Assembly (NCBI GenBank): GCA_951406725.2
Contig: OX597814.1
Coordinates: 82,956,001 to 83,020,000, forward strand
Source: Octopus vulgaris
Taxonomy: Eukaryota
Direction of reading: 5' to 3'
Length of the DNA stretch: 64,000 nt
Positions 24,381-37,145 of this stretch are shown here, in pieces. Below the pieces are notes generated by a model. That model saw only the letters and a list, made by a program, of their open reading frames with translations, made no database searches and was not told the DNA's origin. Each line of letters opens with the position of its first letter. Within the stretch, counting starts at the first letter, position 1. The position numbers and the translations under genes are program-made.

Positions 24381-25219
24381 TTTATAATCAAGGATAAAAT
24401 CTATATAAGATTTTATCAAGTAGCCAGTATGTAATAAAAAGTATAGGTAAAAATTAATACAAAATATATAATTATATAAATATAATTATAGCAAGGGCAC
24501 TAATGAGTAGGGCCACATGCTAGAAATAGATGTCAAAATGACGCTAAGAACTACATTGGCATGGGCTGAAAGTGAGGGAAATGAACAAAAAGATTTGTTT
24601 GAAAAATGGTTTAACCATAGATTGATTTCTAGTTTAGGGATGTAACATCCTTTACCATCTTCAGAATGATATAACTCAAAGTACATAGTTATAAACATTT
24701 ATATATACCCAAACGAACACAATGTATCCACAAGTGCATATACAAATGTTCGCATTTATATATGAGTTAAGTCTAATTTGTTCACCCCAGCCGCATGCAA
24801 ATACGACCAAAATAATTCTGCAGTAGATAGGTTGAAGTGATTTATAATCAAGGATAAAATCTATATAAGATTTTATCAAGTATCCAGCATGTAATAAACC
24901 ATATAGGTAAAAATTAATACAAAAATATAATAATATAAATATAACTATAGTAAGGGCACTAATGAGTAGTGCCACATGCTAGAAATAGATGCCAGTTGGC
25001 TCTGAAAACTACATTATTTATCACATTGGCATGGGCTGAAAGTGACGGAAATGAACAAAATAGATTTTTTTGAAAAAAGATTTGCCATAGATCAATTTCT
25101 AGTTTAGGGATGTAATACCGTTTACATAAATAATGTAGTTCATAGAGCAATTTGGACCTATTTCTAGCATGTGGCACTACTTATTAGTGTTCTTACTATA
25201 ATTATATTTAAATAATCAT

Positions 25220-25228
<9 letters not shown>
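24381..25228 (-). repeat. Non-coding 460-bp tandem unit (1.6 copies) plus inverted terminal fragment
   Basis: tttataatcaaggataaaatctatataag starts at 24381 and 24841. 25126-25228 is inverted relative to ~24915-25021. Confidence 0.9.
24615..24669 (-). ncRNA. Type-I hammerhead motif C
   Basis: tcatt-CTGAAGA-tggt[aaaggatgttacatccctaa]acta-GAAA-tcaa-TC-tatgg. The second copy (25085-25125, truncated) has ttga, so both are CpG-decay forms of a palindromic tcga. Confidence 0.7.
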
Positions 25229-25274
<46 letters not shown>

Positions 25275-25289
25275 GTATGTATATTTTTC

Positions 25290-26290
25290 AGTGTGCACAA
25301 ATAACAAGGAAAAATAAATAAATAGTTACCTGGGTAGCAAAAAATTCACAGAAGTACCAAGGATGTTACAGCCTGCTTATAAAGGTAGAAATTCCAGAGT
25401 TTTGTGAAATGCTTTTGCATAACCGATAAATAAAGAAATAGAGTTTAACATAGGTGTTAGTCAAATCTTTATACTTCTGACATATGTTTCGAAGAAAACA
25501 TTGATATTATTCCACAGGGAATAAAATGATGTAAAACAAGGCAATCTTTTCATCGGGGAAAAAAAGAAACAACACATATCAATAAGCCATTTTAAGCAAA
25601 TGTGATGACTGCATATATGATGAATAGAACACTGGCAAGTTATTTAAAAAAAAAAAAACATTAATAGATTTAATGTCAAATGCAATTTAGAGAAAGAGAA
25701 GGAGGAGAAAGAAAGAAAATATCTGGAAAATAAGAGTGGAGAAATGTAGTGCAATAAATGAATGGGAATAAAGTTTAAAGGCATGGAAATAGATATATTT
25801 AGTGGAAATGTAAGAAGACAGTTAAAGGTCAAATTTTATAGATTGGTAGAAATTACTTATAGGAACTAAAGGTATGTTGTTGCCAATGTTTGCAATGATA
25901 AATGCATTCTTTAAATGTTTACAAGTGAATTCTCTGAGAACAGGATGAGATATTCTGTTGTGTCTGGGGAGAGTCATTTTCTTTTTGTGACTTATAATTT
26001 AACACACTCACTGGTAAAATTTCCAGACAAGAAGATTTACATTTATCATATGAAAATGACCTAAAACGAATATTCCATTCCAAATCAAATTGTTTATTAT
26101 GTTCCTTCAGAGACCAAATTGATTTATTAAGCCCAGTATTGTTGTGTTTATTGATATGTATAAATGTAGAGAAGATCACATTGTTTTACATCATTTTATT
26201 CCCTCTAGAATAATACCAATGTTTTCTTTGAAACATATGTTGGAAGAATAAAGATTTGAATAACACCTGTGTTTAACTCCATTTCTTTCT
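25290..26290 (-). mobile_element. Penelope-like element 3' part with inverted pseudo-LTR
   Basis: ORF 25919..26179 has NNTGLNKSIWSLKEHNKQFDLEWNI..YDKCKSSC, the PLE GIY-YIG C-terminal half. 26169-26290 is an inverted copy of ~25432-25550. Confidence 0.8.
25475..25560 (-). ncRNA. Type-I hammerhead motif D (CCGAUGA variant) in PLE pseudo-LTR
   Basis: ttcc-CCGATGA-aaaga[..]tcttc-GAAA-catatg-TC-agaa. The inverted truncated copy at 26169-26246 supplies gaaga and ggaa, restoring stems II and I in the consensus. Confidence 0.75.
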
Positions 26291-26294
26291 TTAT

Positions 26295-26430
<136 letters not shown>

Positions 26431-26477
26431 ATATACATACATACATACATATATATATGTGTGTGTGTGTGTGTGTA

Positions 26478-27314
26478 TACATGAACTGATCAATAAGTAT
26501 CCGGACTGTTGTTATAGTAACAAAGCTAAAGTACACAGAGTAAAGCTGTTTGGCACGGATCAACCTTGAACTATGCTGTGCATATGCACAAAGTTTTAAT
26601 GTTATAGCTTTCTTCTTCTGTTTACAGCCGTGCTTGGAAGGAAGGTGTGTAGTGAGTGATTATTGCATTCACTATGACAGAGAAAGCTGAGCAGAGAATC
26701 AAAAAGTTTGGTGATACCTGCTCAGAGGCCTACACAAAGCTTTCAAAAAGTGTTTGTCATTCTCGACACAATCAAGATCTTGTGCAATTGAAACCCGGGT
26801 GTCTTTTTGGTTAGCGGAAAGCAGTTTTGGTACAGACATGTCTCTCATACCCAAATCTTCAGTGATAATGGACTGAACTGAACTCAAGCCAATCTGCACG
26901 ACCTCTGATAACTCAGGGATGGCGATTCAATGATTTCCCCTCACAGCTGTACGCATATCTGTGTTGTTGTCCTCAGTTCTGCTGCCTCAGAATGTTCGTC
27001 ACTATCGACATTTTTTTGGCCATCTTGTAAACGTCTGAAACACTTGTACATGACTCATACACTTCTCCCTTTCTGAAACTTTGCATTGGCCTCTGAGCAA
27101 GTATCGCCATGACAACTTTTTCTGTTATGGTCAATGTGATGATCACACATTACTCTCAAGCACTGCTGTAAACAGGGGAAGTGAGCTACAATGTTAAAAC
27201 TTAGTATTCATGCACGGCAGAGGTCAAGGTCAATATATGCCAAGCACTTCACCCTGTGTGCTTTAGCTTCGTTACTATGGCAACTATCCGGATACTTATT
27301 GATCAGACCTCATA
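26478..27314. mobile_element. Mariner derivative built from two left ends
   Basis: ~250-270 bp arms (ctgatcaataagtatccgga / tccggatacttattgatcag), both running into the transposase start (MTEKAEQRI..GDTCSEA). The centre encodes VPKLLSANQKDTRVSIAQDL on the minus strand. Confidence 0.85.
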
Positions 27315-27731
27315 TATATATTTTGCATATGCACACATACACACATGCAAGTTGATTAATACCAACTAGTTAAGAAGTTTGCTTTACAACCATGAGATCC
27401 CAGTTTTCTTCTCACTTTAGGACATCTTGAGTAAATGTCATTTCTTTGGCCTCAGATGGAAACTGTATAGTAGCTTGTCAGATGGTTATACCTGCAATAC
27501 AGCTTAGTCACACACTTTGCCACACTTACTCTGCTTGAAAATTGTGTTGATAGGACATGCTTCAATGGAATGTTCAGTGACTTACTTGGTAATGTAGGTG
27601 TAGGTAATTCAGTTGATGCTGGTGGTGGTGGTGAACACAATGGCAACAGCAATAATGATGGCAGCAGAGGAAGCAGCAGCATATCATCGTCATCATCATC
27701 ATTGTGATTGCTATTATCATTATTATCATCA

Positions 27732-28175
27732 AGGTGATGAACTGGCAGAATCATTATCACACAAGTTGAAATATTTAGCGGCATTTTACCCGTCACTGCA
27801 TTCTGAGTTCAAATTCCACTGAGGTCGACTTTGCCTTTCATTCTTTTGAGGTCATTAAATTAAATACCAGTCAAGTACTGGGTTGATGTAATCAACTATC
27901 TCCATCCCGCCAAAATTTAAGGCCTAGTACCTATAGTAGAAAGGATTATTATTTTTATCTTCAAAGTGGTGAGCTAGCAGAATCGTTAGCATGCAGGGTA
28001 AACTACTTAGCTGCATTTTGTCCATCTTTATGTTCTGAGTTCAGATTCTGCCAAGGTCCACTTTGCCTTTCATCCTTTTGGGGTCAATAAAGTAAATACC
28101 AGATGAGCACTGTGATTGATATAATTGACTTACACCCTCCCTCAGAATTGCTGACCTTGTGCCAAAATATGAAAT
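27732..28175 (+). mobile_element. Two head-to-tail SINE family B copies
   Basis: Two heads (ggtgatgaactggcagaatc, ggtgagctagcagaatcg), each followed by ttctgagttcarattc..ggtc.actttgcctttcat. Confidence 0.85.
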
Positions 28176-28936
28176 CATTGTTATTATTATTATTGTTGTT
28201 GTTGTTGTTATTATCATAAGCATCTATTCATCATCATCATTAAATAGATAAGTAGATGTGATTGGCTGGATCTCCAATACAACAGTCTTCATAACTTGTC
28301 CACAAGATTCAACATTCAGTGATTTGATCTCACTGTTTCTCTCTGATGATCTCTTTGATCTAACCTTGATTCAAGTACTTTTACACTCTCAAAATATTTA
28401 GCATTCATCATCTATTTACATCACATAGAGAAATCACCTTAACTTTGCAAACATTAGCCAGTGTCTTCATTATCCACTCATTCATTCAGCTTGTTTGAAC
28501 TCCACCTTTCATTGCTAACAGAAGTAAAAGTAATACACACACACATTTGTGTAAATAAGGAACAGTTTTTTCTTGCAAACATACATTAAAAATATGACCA
28601 TGCTCAGGAGTGATATTTTTTATTAAAAGTTTTTCCTATTCCCTTATTTGTATTTTATGTTTAGTTTGAAACAATCACATTTCAAAATCCATTAGTCTGA
28701 CATTTTGTGGTTTTTACAATATCATTTTCAGATTAAACTGCTATAATGGCAAGTAGACCATGCATTCTGCATGAAGTTGCAAAGGTTCTTAGTAATAGTT
28801 TTATAGTTGATAAAGTCCACAATGCCAGATTTAAAATTTTGAACCAGTAAATCCTGGTAGATTTCATCATATCACAACATATTTTTTGCATGTCATGAAT
28901 GTGTGCATGTGTGTGTGTATGTGTGTGTGCGTGCGT

Positions 28937-29007
<71 letters not shown>

Positions 29008-29501
29008 TATCTATTTATATTTACATGCATACATACGCACACACATATACATCTGGAAGCGCATGACTTCATGGTTAGGAGAGTTGCACTCATAATTGTA
29101 AGACTATGATTTTGATCCCTGGTCCAGGCAATGTGTTGTATTCTGGAGTGAAACACTTTATTTCATGTTGCTCCAGTTCACTCAGCTGGCAAAAATAAGC
29201 AATCTTGTGACAGACCAGCTTCTTGTCCAGTTGGGGAGTATATATGTCACAATCCAGGAAACCAGCCTTATGACCTTATGGCTTAAGAAGGACCTTTGAT
29301 CCTTTTTTTGATACATTTACATAAGTATATACATGTGTGTGTGATGATGATGATAATGTATTTATATATAGTTGAAATTTACAGAAAATCAAAAGAAGGA
29401 AACATGGGGATGAACAACAAACTGGTGTACTAGTTTGATGCTTGGAAAAGTGAGAAAGTCTTTTGTGTTTTGAGCCTATGCTATTCAACAGAAAGGAATA
29501 T

Positions 29502-29542
<41 letters not shown>

Positions 29543-29587
29543 CTTTATTATTAAAGCTGCAAAAACATCGCAAAAATATCACAAAAA

Positions 29588-29627
29588 TCTGCTACTCAGA
29601 GTTTCATGTTCCTGTTCGTCGGACAGT
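29588..29627 (-). ncRNA. Type-I hammerhead motif E (CCGACGA variant)
   Basis: actgt-CCGACGA-acaggaacat-GAAA-ctctgag-TA-gcaga. Confidence 0.7.
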
Positions 29628-29671
29628 TGTGATTAAGAATGAGACATGAATTAAGGTTATATGTATAAATA

Positions 29672-30250
29672 TCATCATCATCGACGTCGTCGTTGTTTAA
29701 CGTCTGCTTTCCATGCTGGCATGGCCTGGACGGTTTGACTGAGGACTGGTGAGCCAGAAAGCTACACCAGGCTCAATCTCATCTAGCAAAGTTTCTACAG
29801 CTGGATGCCCTTCCTAATGCCAACCACTCCGAGAGTGTAGTGGCTGCTATTATGTGCCTCTGGCATGAGGGCCAGTCAGGCGGTTTTGACAACGATCATG
29901 CTCAAAGGTGCAACCTACACGGGTGCCAGTCTGGCGGTACTGGAAATGACCACGCTCGAATGTTGTTTTTCACATGCCACCAGCACATGTTCCGGTAAGG
30001 CAACTCTGGCAATGATCATATTCAAATGGTGCTTTTTATGTACCACCAGCATGGGAGCCAATGCATGGCCCTGGCAACGATCACGCTCGGATGTGCTTTT
30101 AACGTTCCACTGGCACGAGTGCCAATCAGGCGGTACTGTCATCGGCCACATCAGCAATTTTGATTTGATTTCACTTGCCTCAATAGGTCTTCACAAGCAA
30201 AGTTTATTGTCCAATAAATGAGGGGTACTCATAAGTGGGGTAGTTACCCC
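29672..30250 (-). mobile_element. Retroposon family C with degenerate internal ~60-bp repeats
   Basis: (cat)n tail, ggatgcccttcctaatgccaaccactccgagagtgtagtgg, repeated gccagtcaggcggtactggcaacg-like units. Confidence 0.85.
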
Positions 30251-30560
30251 CACAATTTACATTGACAGATATACATTTGAATTTGGTTCCATTTTTATTG
30301 GTCATTTCAACTAATGGGTTTATTTTAAGAAACGGTGATATAAAATTAAATATCATATTATGTAAAATTGAAGAAAACCTTAAATGAGCTTTGATTTTAC
30401 ATAGTACGATATTTAATTTTATATCACTGTTTCTTAAAAAAAAATGTTAGTTGAAATGACCAGTGAAAATGAAACCAAATTCAAACGTGTATCTGTCAAT
30501 GTAAATTGTACAATATATTTATATATAAAAACCTTAATTCTTGTCCCATTCTCAATCACA

Positions 30561-30600
30561 ACTGTCTAACAAACAGGAACGTGAAACTCTGAGTAGCAGT
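30561..30600 (+). ncRNA. Type-I hammerhead motif E, decayed core
   Basis: actgt-CTAACAA-acaggaacgt-GAAA-ctctgag-TA-gcagt. Stem I 5 bp intact, core mutated. Confidence 0.6.
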
Positions 30601-30783
30601 TTTTTGTGATATTTTTATGATGTTTTTGCAGCTTGAATAATAAAGCATATAACTCTACCTCTGGTATTTGAGTGCTATTTTTTTCCACCTTGCTTCACAT
30701 TTATATGCTTACTCTGGTATATATATATATATATATATATACATACAAACAATATAAATATATATATATATACATACATATAT

Positions 30784-31400
30784 ATGAGGGGAAGTCAAAA
30801 ATTATCCACACTTTCACCATAACATGTTTTTATTATTGTCCCACTGCCTTCTGTGCATGCATGCTTATAGTTGGTACTATTGAGGTTATGTGATCAAAGT
30901 TTGATCCTGATCATGCCATTTTTCTTTCTGGCTTTATAAGTAGAGCAGCCCCACTAGCAATGTTCCCCAAAGAAGAACAAAGAGCAGTGATCCGATCAAC
31001 AGTGTATGATCAACAATGCAAGATACAGTGCTTTGCTGGCCAACAAACCGAAGCCAGCAATTCGCACCAAACACCAAAACCTATTGTTGAAAGAACCTTT
31101 GTTGTTCATGACATTGAGGTTATGCCCAGACCATTGAAAGCATTAACCAATTGGGCTTTGAGGCACTGAAGCACCCTGCCTACAGCCCAGATCCCACCCC
31201 TCCGACTATCATATATTTGGACTGCTCAGAGATGGTTTACAAGATCATCGATTTCCTATGGGCGAAGACATAAAGGAAGTGGTGCATGAATGGTTGTATA
31301 ACCAACTTAAAACTTTCTTCTTGGAGGGAATATGCAAATTTGTGGACTGCTGGACCAAGTGCATCAAAAAGGAAGGAGACTATATAGAAAAATGACGTAC
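30784..31400 (+). mobile_element. Mariner (DD34D-type) remnant, internally deleted
   Basis: EEQRAVIR start, HPAYSPD..SDYHIFG, and KEGDYIEK* end. Confidence 0.8.
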
Positions 31401-32008
31401 TTGTTTATACCCTGCTTTTGTGTAGATACATTTTATTATAGTTCAGAAAATCGAACATTTTGCCAAATGAAGAACAAAAGACAGATGTGGAGTCTAATAT
31501 ATATTATTATTTTATTGACATTCATGGCTTTTGTAACAAAGGGCCCATCAGCTTCAGATACTCTTGCATTCAGGGAAATGTTTGAAGTTGCTGTTTTAAT
31601 AGCTGCTATGGTACAGGAGATATTCCAGCAGCCCAGATTGTCAAATTGAAAACTTACTTATAAGGACTTTAAATTCATTTAATTTTGTTAGGGATCATCA
31701 TTTTAAAGTTAATGTAACAAGTGTAAAATAAATGATGATCAGCAAAGAAATTAAGATAGAATGGATCAAAAGTCTTTGGCAGATTTCAGACAGTCTAAAG
31801 ATATCTGGAACATCTGAGATTTTGAAAGACATATTAAATCACTGACTATTGTTGAATTTATTCTGTATGGCATCACTTTGAACAGTAGCTTCATGAATTT
31901 GGGGCTGTTGAGTTTTGGAAACTTTCAGTTTATCAGCATTACTGTATTGACACCTTGTACATGGAACACTATTTGAACTATTACATGGTATTTTGCTGGA
32001 ATCAGTGA

Positions 32009-32241
32009 TTAATCCTTTAGCATTTAAAGCAGCCACATTCAGCCAAAATATTCTTACAGTTTTAAGGTGAAACTTGCCAGATTCAGCTTCTCCCACCTAC
32101 CCTACAATGTAATTCTAAAAATAAACAATCACATCATCACATCATTAAAATCTCAAAGCTATGAGATAATGCATGATTGTTGTGAAAACAATGTGAATAA
32201 ATATTACATTTGACAGAGTAATCTGAATGTTAAAGGGTTAA
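32009..32241 (+). mobile_element. TTAA-flanked MITE (piggyBac-like non-autonomous)
   Basis: ttaa-tcctttagcatt ... aatgttaaaggg-ttaa. Homologous to 34570-35000. Confidence 0.8.
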
Positions 32242-32949
32242 AACTAAAATCTGAGAAGAGAAGATTAGCAATATTGTCTCCTTACTTGTGTATATCATGA
32301 ATTGTTTCTATTGAGTTAAGCTGTCTGTCGTGTGTAAAGAGACTAGCACTGGTGTTCTGCTCATCTAGTAAACAACACTAGTGTTAGTGTATGAACTTAT
32401 GGATTATGGAGTATAATGTAGTTATAAAAAATATTCAGAAAAATGAAAGCAAAAATAGGAATTGTATGACTGGTTGCGTAATGTAAAGATATATTTGAAT
32501 AAGTAGAAAAAATGTTTTATTGTTTATGTATAAAAAAGGGAAATATTTGAGTGTACATATAAAATAAAATACAATAAATAAATAAATAATGATATGATTC
32601 AATCTTGTTAGCTGAAGGCTTTTTTGACCATTCATAAAATGTCATTCACATGCAGATACAATAATGACAAAGAAATAAAAGAAATGAAGACAAAAGAAAA
32701 GACAAAAAGCATGAAAAATCTACAGAAAGTCTTAGTAAAATGTTGATTTGAGAACAATTTCAAAGTACAGGTTTTCATTCATAAAAACCATGTGAGGTGA
32801 TCAACAAGCATACACCACTGCACATATGGAATAGTTAAATGGAAAACAAAGAAACTGCTAGAAACTTCTTGTGAATATTTTTAGAGAGGATTTGCTTTCT
32901 GAAAATTACAAAATAACCTTTTTGAGTTTTGTAAGTTTGTATCCAAATT

Positions 32950-34290
32950 GCTGCTAAGTTCAAGTTGTTCACACTCTATAATAGTTTAAAATCTTTTCTG
33001 CTAAACAAAGATGACAACTCAGCTTCTTTTCTGTCGATTCCATGACATGTAAGTAGGTGCAAAAACAAGGAGTGACCATTTTATATTGAAGGTACTATCT
33101 CTATTTTGCTTTAATCTCCAAATGTGTTTCAAAAGACTGCAAGCAAATTTTCTGTTTGGATAGACCAACAAGTATTTGTGTCAATAAAATCTAATCTTAA
33201 ATTCATTTCCTGTTGATCTGATGTAAGATTTCATTTACAAGCTATCGTTCAGTTCCACCTTGTCAAAGTATAGCAAGGAACTGGCAAGACAATTTCCATT
33301 AAGCATATAAGAATTTCTACAATTACACCTGCTCTTAGTTTTGATATTACTATTATTTAACACATGCTCTGCATTAATTAAATTTATACATCTGTCAACA
33401 TTTTTGCAACTTTAATAAGATACTTTAATGGAATTTCTATTAGAGATTTTATGATAGCTGTGTTCTTTATCAAAATGGAATGATACTAGCTCAAGAACTC
33501 TTTGGAAATATTTATTCTAACATTTTGGTTATATTCATTCCAACGTTTAGACTAAAAATTGAATTGTACAGCAGAATTTTCCTATTTGTATTTCAACATT
33601 TGAGAGTTACAAACCTGGATATATACTTTGCCTTGTCTGAAAATACCATTCAATTTTTATCTTTTATATTTTTTGCTTATTTCAGTCATTAGATTGTGGC
33701 CATGCTGGAGCACCACCTTGAAGAATTTTCAGTCAAATAGATTGACTCCAGTACATTTTTTTTTAAAGCCTGGTACTTATTTTTATTGGTCTCTCTGGCC
33801 AAAACTGCTAGGTTATGGGGACATAAATACACAAACACCAGTTTTCAAGTGGTGGAGGGAGAGACAAACACATACGCACACACACACACACACACACAAT
33901 GAACTTCTTTCAGTTTCTGCCTACCAAGTCCACTCATAAGGCTTTGGTTCACCTGAGGCTATAGTAGAAGACACTTGCCCCCAAAATGCCACACAGCGTG
34001 TCTGAGCCCAGAATCATGTGTTTGGAAAGTAAGCTTTTTACCACACAGCCTTTGTTATCGAAATGTAATACTATTGCAAAAGCATTTGCATCTGAAGATA
34101 GTATGATATGTGGTTACAAAATTGTGGAGGACATTTTGCAAATGATTAGAACCTTTATTTACATAAAATAACCTTACATCAGGCTTGTAATAAGGGAAAA
34201 ATTTGTTTGCATCTATTTCAAGAAAGTTAACTTCCTTTAGTAATTTTGATTCTAATTCACTGAACACTAAAATTATATTTCTCTGAATCT
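32950..34290 (-). mobile_element. Penelope-like element ORF remnant (RT thumb, linker, GIY-YIG)
   Basis: VNFLEID..PYYKPDVRLFYVNKGSNH (ORF 34055..34267), HFDKEHSYHKISNRNSIKVSY, CNCRNSYMLNGNCL..LLY..SYIRSTGNEFKIRFY*HK..LKHIWRLK..IKWSLL..CHLCLAEK. Split by a SINE. Confidence 0.85.
33660..34052 (-). mobile_element. SINE family A inserted in the PLE
   Basis: tttcagtcattagattgtggccatgctggagcaccacc tail, (ca)n, reversed head ttttaccacacagcc. Confidence 0.85.
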
Positions 34291-34569
34291 GTGTATTTCA
34301 GTGGTTCTCAATTGGGGTCTAAACGCACAACACACATACACTCACAAGGCACAAACATGGTGGTGTATTTAAGAAGTTCTCATAACCATGTGGTTTGGGA
34401 TTCAGTTACATTGCATGGCACCTTGGGCACTTTTCATATTCTAAAGCTCTGGCTGAAAAGCAACATGATGACAGGAAACCAAGTTGTATGGCAGAAAGGT
34501 AACAAGAGTACAATGGTAGACAAAGGAAAACAAAATGATAACAGGCAGTAAGATTACTTACTGAATCCT

Positions 34570-35000
34570 TTAATCTTTTAACATTCAAATTACTCTGTCA
34601 AGTGTAATGCTTATTTAATCACAATTTTCAATTAATTATGCATTATCTTGTAGCTTTGAGATTTTGATGATGTGATTGCTTATTTTTAGAATGACATCAT
34701 AAGATAGGTGTGAGCGGCTGGATTTGGCTGGTTTGAACATAAAACTTGTAGAATATCTGGGCCGGATATGCCCAGTTTAAATGCTAATGGGTTAAGCATT
34801 TAAATTGGTCATACCTGGCAAGATATTCTACCTGTTTTATGTTCAAACTGACCTCTCACACCTTCTTTGCAATGTCATTCTAAAAATAAATAATCACATC
34901 ATTAAAATTTCAAAGTTATGAGATTATGCAGATTAAATCAAAACAATGTGAATAAATAAACATTATATTTGACAGAATAACCTGAATACTAAGAGGCTAA
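34570..35000. mobile_element. Head-to-head pair of the TTAA MITE
   Basis: 34570-34795 reversed and ~34795-35000 forward relative to 32009-32241. Confidence 0.75.
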
Positions 35001-37017
35001 GCCCTTTGCTCCCTATCGAACATAGGTCACTTGTGATATTTCTTCACTGTTCTTAACTCTGGGCTGCCTTTTCCTCTCCAAGGTCTCATTGGTTTTGAAT
35101 TATCATTGGTGCTTTTTTCCATGTAGGGGTGTTGGCTCTACACAAACCTATTTTTGTCTCTGGGAAGAGGTGGTCCATATTAATCTAGCCTCTATCCTTT
35201 GACCTGTCCAGCTTGGAAGGTCCTATTAGGAGCTTGCTTTTTACTGGCACAGCTCTCAAGGTCATTGAAGTACACAAGGCATCACACCACAAAGACTGGA
35301 CCTTGTGGTAGGTGGGGAAGCAGTGCAATTGCACCAGGATACTGCTGCCTCCATATTATTGAGGAGAATTTTCTCAAACATTTAGTAAAAAATATGCAAG
35401 TAAACATTAACAACACCAGCAGCTGCACCTCCACCACCACTGCCATAATAAACAGAGCTGATAATTTCTGAAAATGCATTATTATTTAAGCAAGAGCAGG
35501 TTGAAGAAAACTATTTAAAAGCCATAGTTTTTGTTTTGATCGGAGAAAAAGCTGGAAAGAAACCAAACTGAAAACTTGTAGATAAGCAAATTGATATTAA
35601 ATTAGAAAATATCAGAATTGGTTTGAAGGTTATTACCAAATGACTGGAATTGATAGCAGCTTAGAATGTAATGTTATTAACAGAGTGAAGACAGACAGTT
35701 CTGTAATTACATAACTGCCAAGAAAAAAAAATTCTTTTTCAGAGATCTTCACATTGGCTTACTATGTGTATAAGCAAGTATGGTTGTGTGGATTTGTGTT
35801 TGTGTGTTTGTGTATCTGCATGTATTTGTGTATATGTATGTGTTTGTGTATATGTATGTGTTTATGTTTGTACATGTATGGTTGTGTGTGTATATGTATA
35901 TGTGTTTGTGTATTTGTATGTATTTGTGTATATGTGTGTGCTTATGCATGTATATGTTTGTGTGTATGTGCATGCATAATATGTGTGTATGTGTGTGTGT
36001 GTGTGTGTATGTGTGTGTGTGTGTGTATGCATTGGATAGTTATTCAGACATCTGCATGAATTGTTGGAGAATGTATCGTCATATCAAGATACACCCTCCT
36101 AAATGCTAATTATTCTGCTAACATGCATGCTCTTCTAACAATGCAATTTAACAACAATATGTGCATGATCTCTATCATTATTATTATTGTTGTTTTTACT
36201 GTCATTGTAATTTTAAAGCCATTTTTCTTTTACTTCAGCTGGTACTTTTTTTTTTAAAGTTGTTGTTATTGTTAGTAGATTTAACTATAATACAGAGTTA
36301 GACAATCAAATGCTATGCATGAAGCCAATATATTCAAAATTTTAGATATTCTCATGCTTTTATCTTACCTCGCAATATTACATAACCAATGCCTGGGTCT
36401 TCATTTATTTAGTCAGCCTTTTAACTGAATTCTGACACTTTTACACTATTTTTATTGTGGTTGCACTGCCTTAAAAACTAAAATTTAAACATATGGTTTT
36501 CGTTTTAAAAACGAAGAGTGTATAATACAATAATCAGGGCAAAATGTTTGGCGAAGAATGAAAATGATTATCAATATCTTTAAGATATTTTACTCAAAGG
36601 AAATAAACTAATCTTATATGACCATTGCAATAAATCTCAACACATAACATTCCTGTATTTCCAGGTTGACTAATCAACTTCAAAGTTCCACTCTTTATTG
36701 GTTACAAAGTGATAGATTCAATTGTATTGTAACAGAAGACTGAAGACAAAATCTATTATTCCTTGTCAACCTTACAGGAAAACAGTTTGTACTAGAAAGG
36801 TTATGCTGCTGTAAAAAAAAATGCCTAGATTTTCAGAAATATCAGTGAATTTAATTATGCATTTCATAGTTTTGATATATTTATTAAAATTATCAACCCT
36901 TTCTACATGTAACAGAACATTCACAAGCCTTCTTAATTCAAAGAGTATGTGACAAATATAATGGGCTTGATGGAAGTTTAATGAAACATGAAATAATGAT
37001 AGTCTAATTACTGTAAA

Positions 37018-37031
37018 TCATCATCATTCTT

Positions 37032-37086
<55 letters not shown>

Positions 37087-37145
37087 CCACCATCATCATC
37101 ATCACCATCATCATCATCATCTTTATCATGCTCATCATCATCATT
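37018..37145. repeat. (CAT)n microsatellite, expanded tail of a family C copy
   Basis: Direct reading. Followed by family C body to ~37470. Confidence 0.9.

Larger units (their letters stand above)
29540..30720. repeat. Long fold-back element (inverted pseudo-LTR-like), left arm split by a SINE
   Basis: 30252-30372 pairs with 30389-30508, and 29540-29670 pairs with ~30513-30650. Confidence 0.85.

Noticed and set aside
24500-24540. ctaatga..gaaa plus-strand motif that would make unit C ambisense
   Set aside because: G5 is absent in all three copies and stem I does not pair.
31332-31649. 105-aa ORF with hydrophobic stretch
   Set aside because: It starts inside an out-of-frame mariner remnant and has no recognisable domain or splice support.
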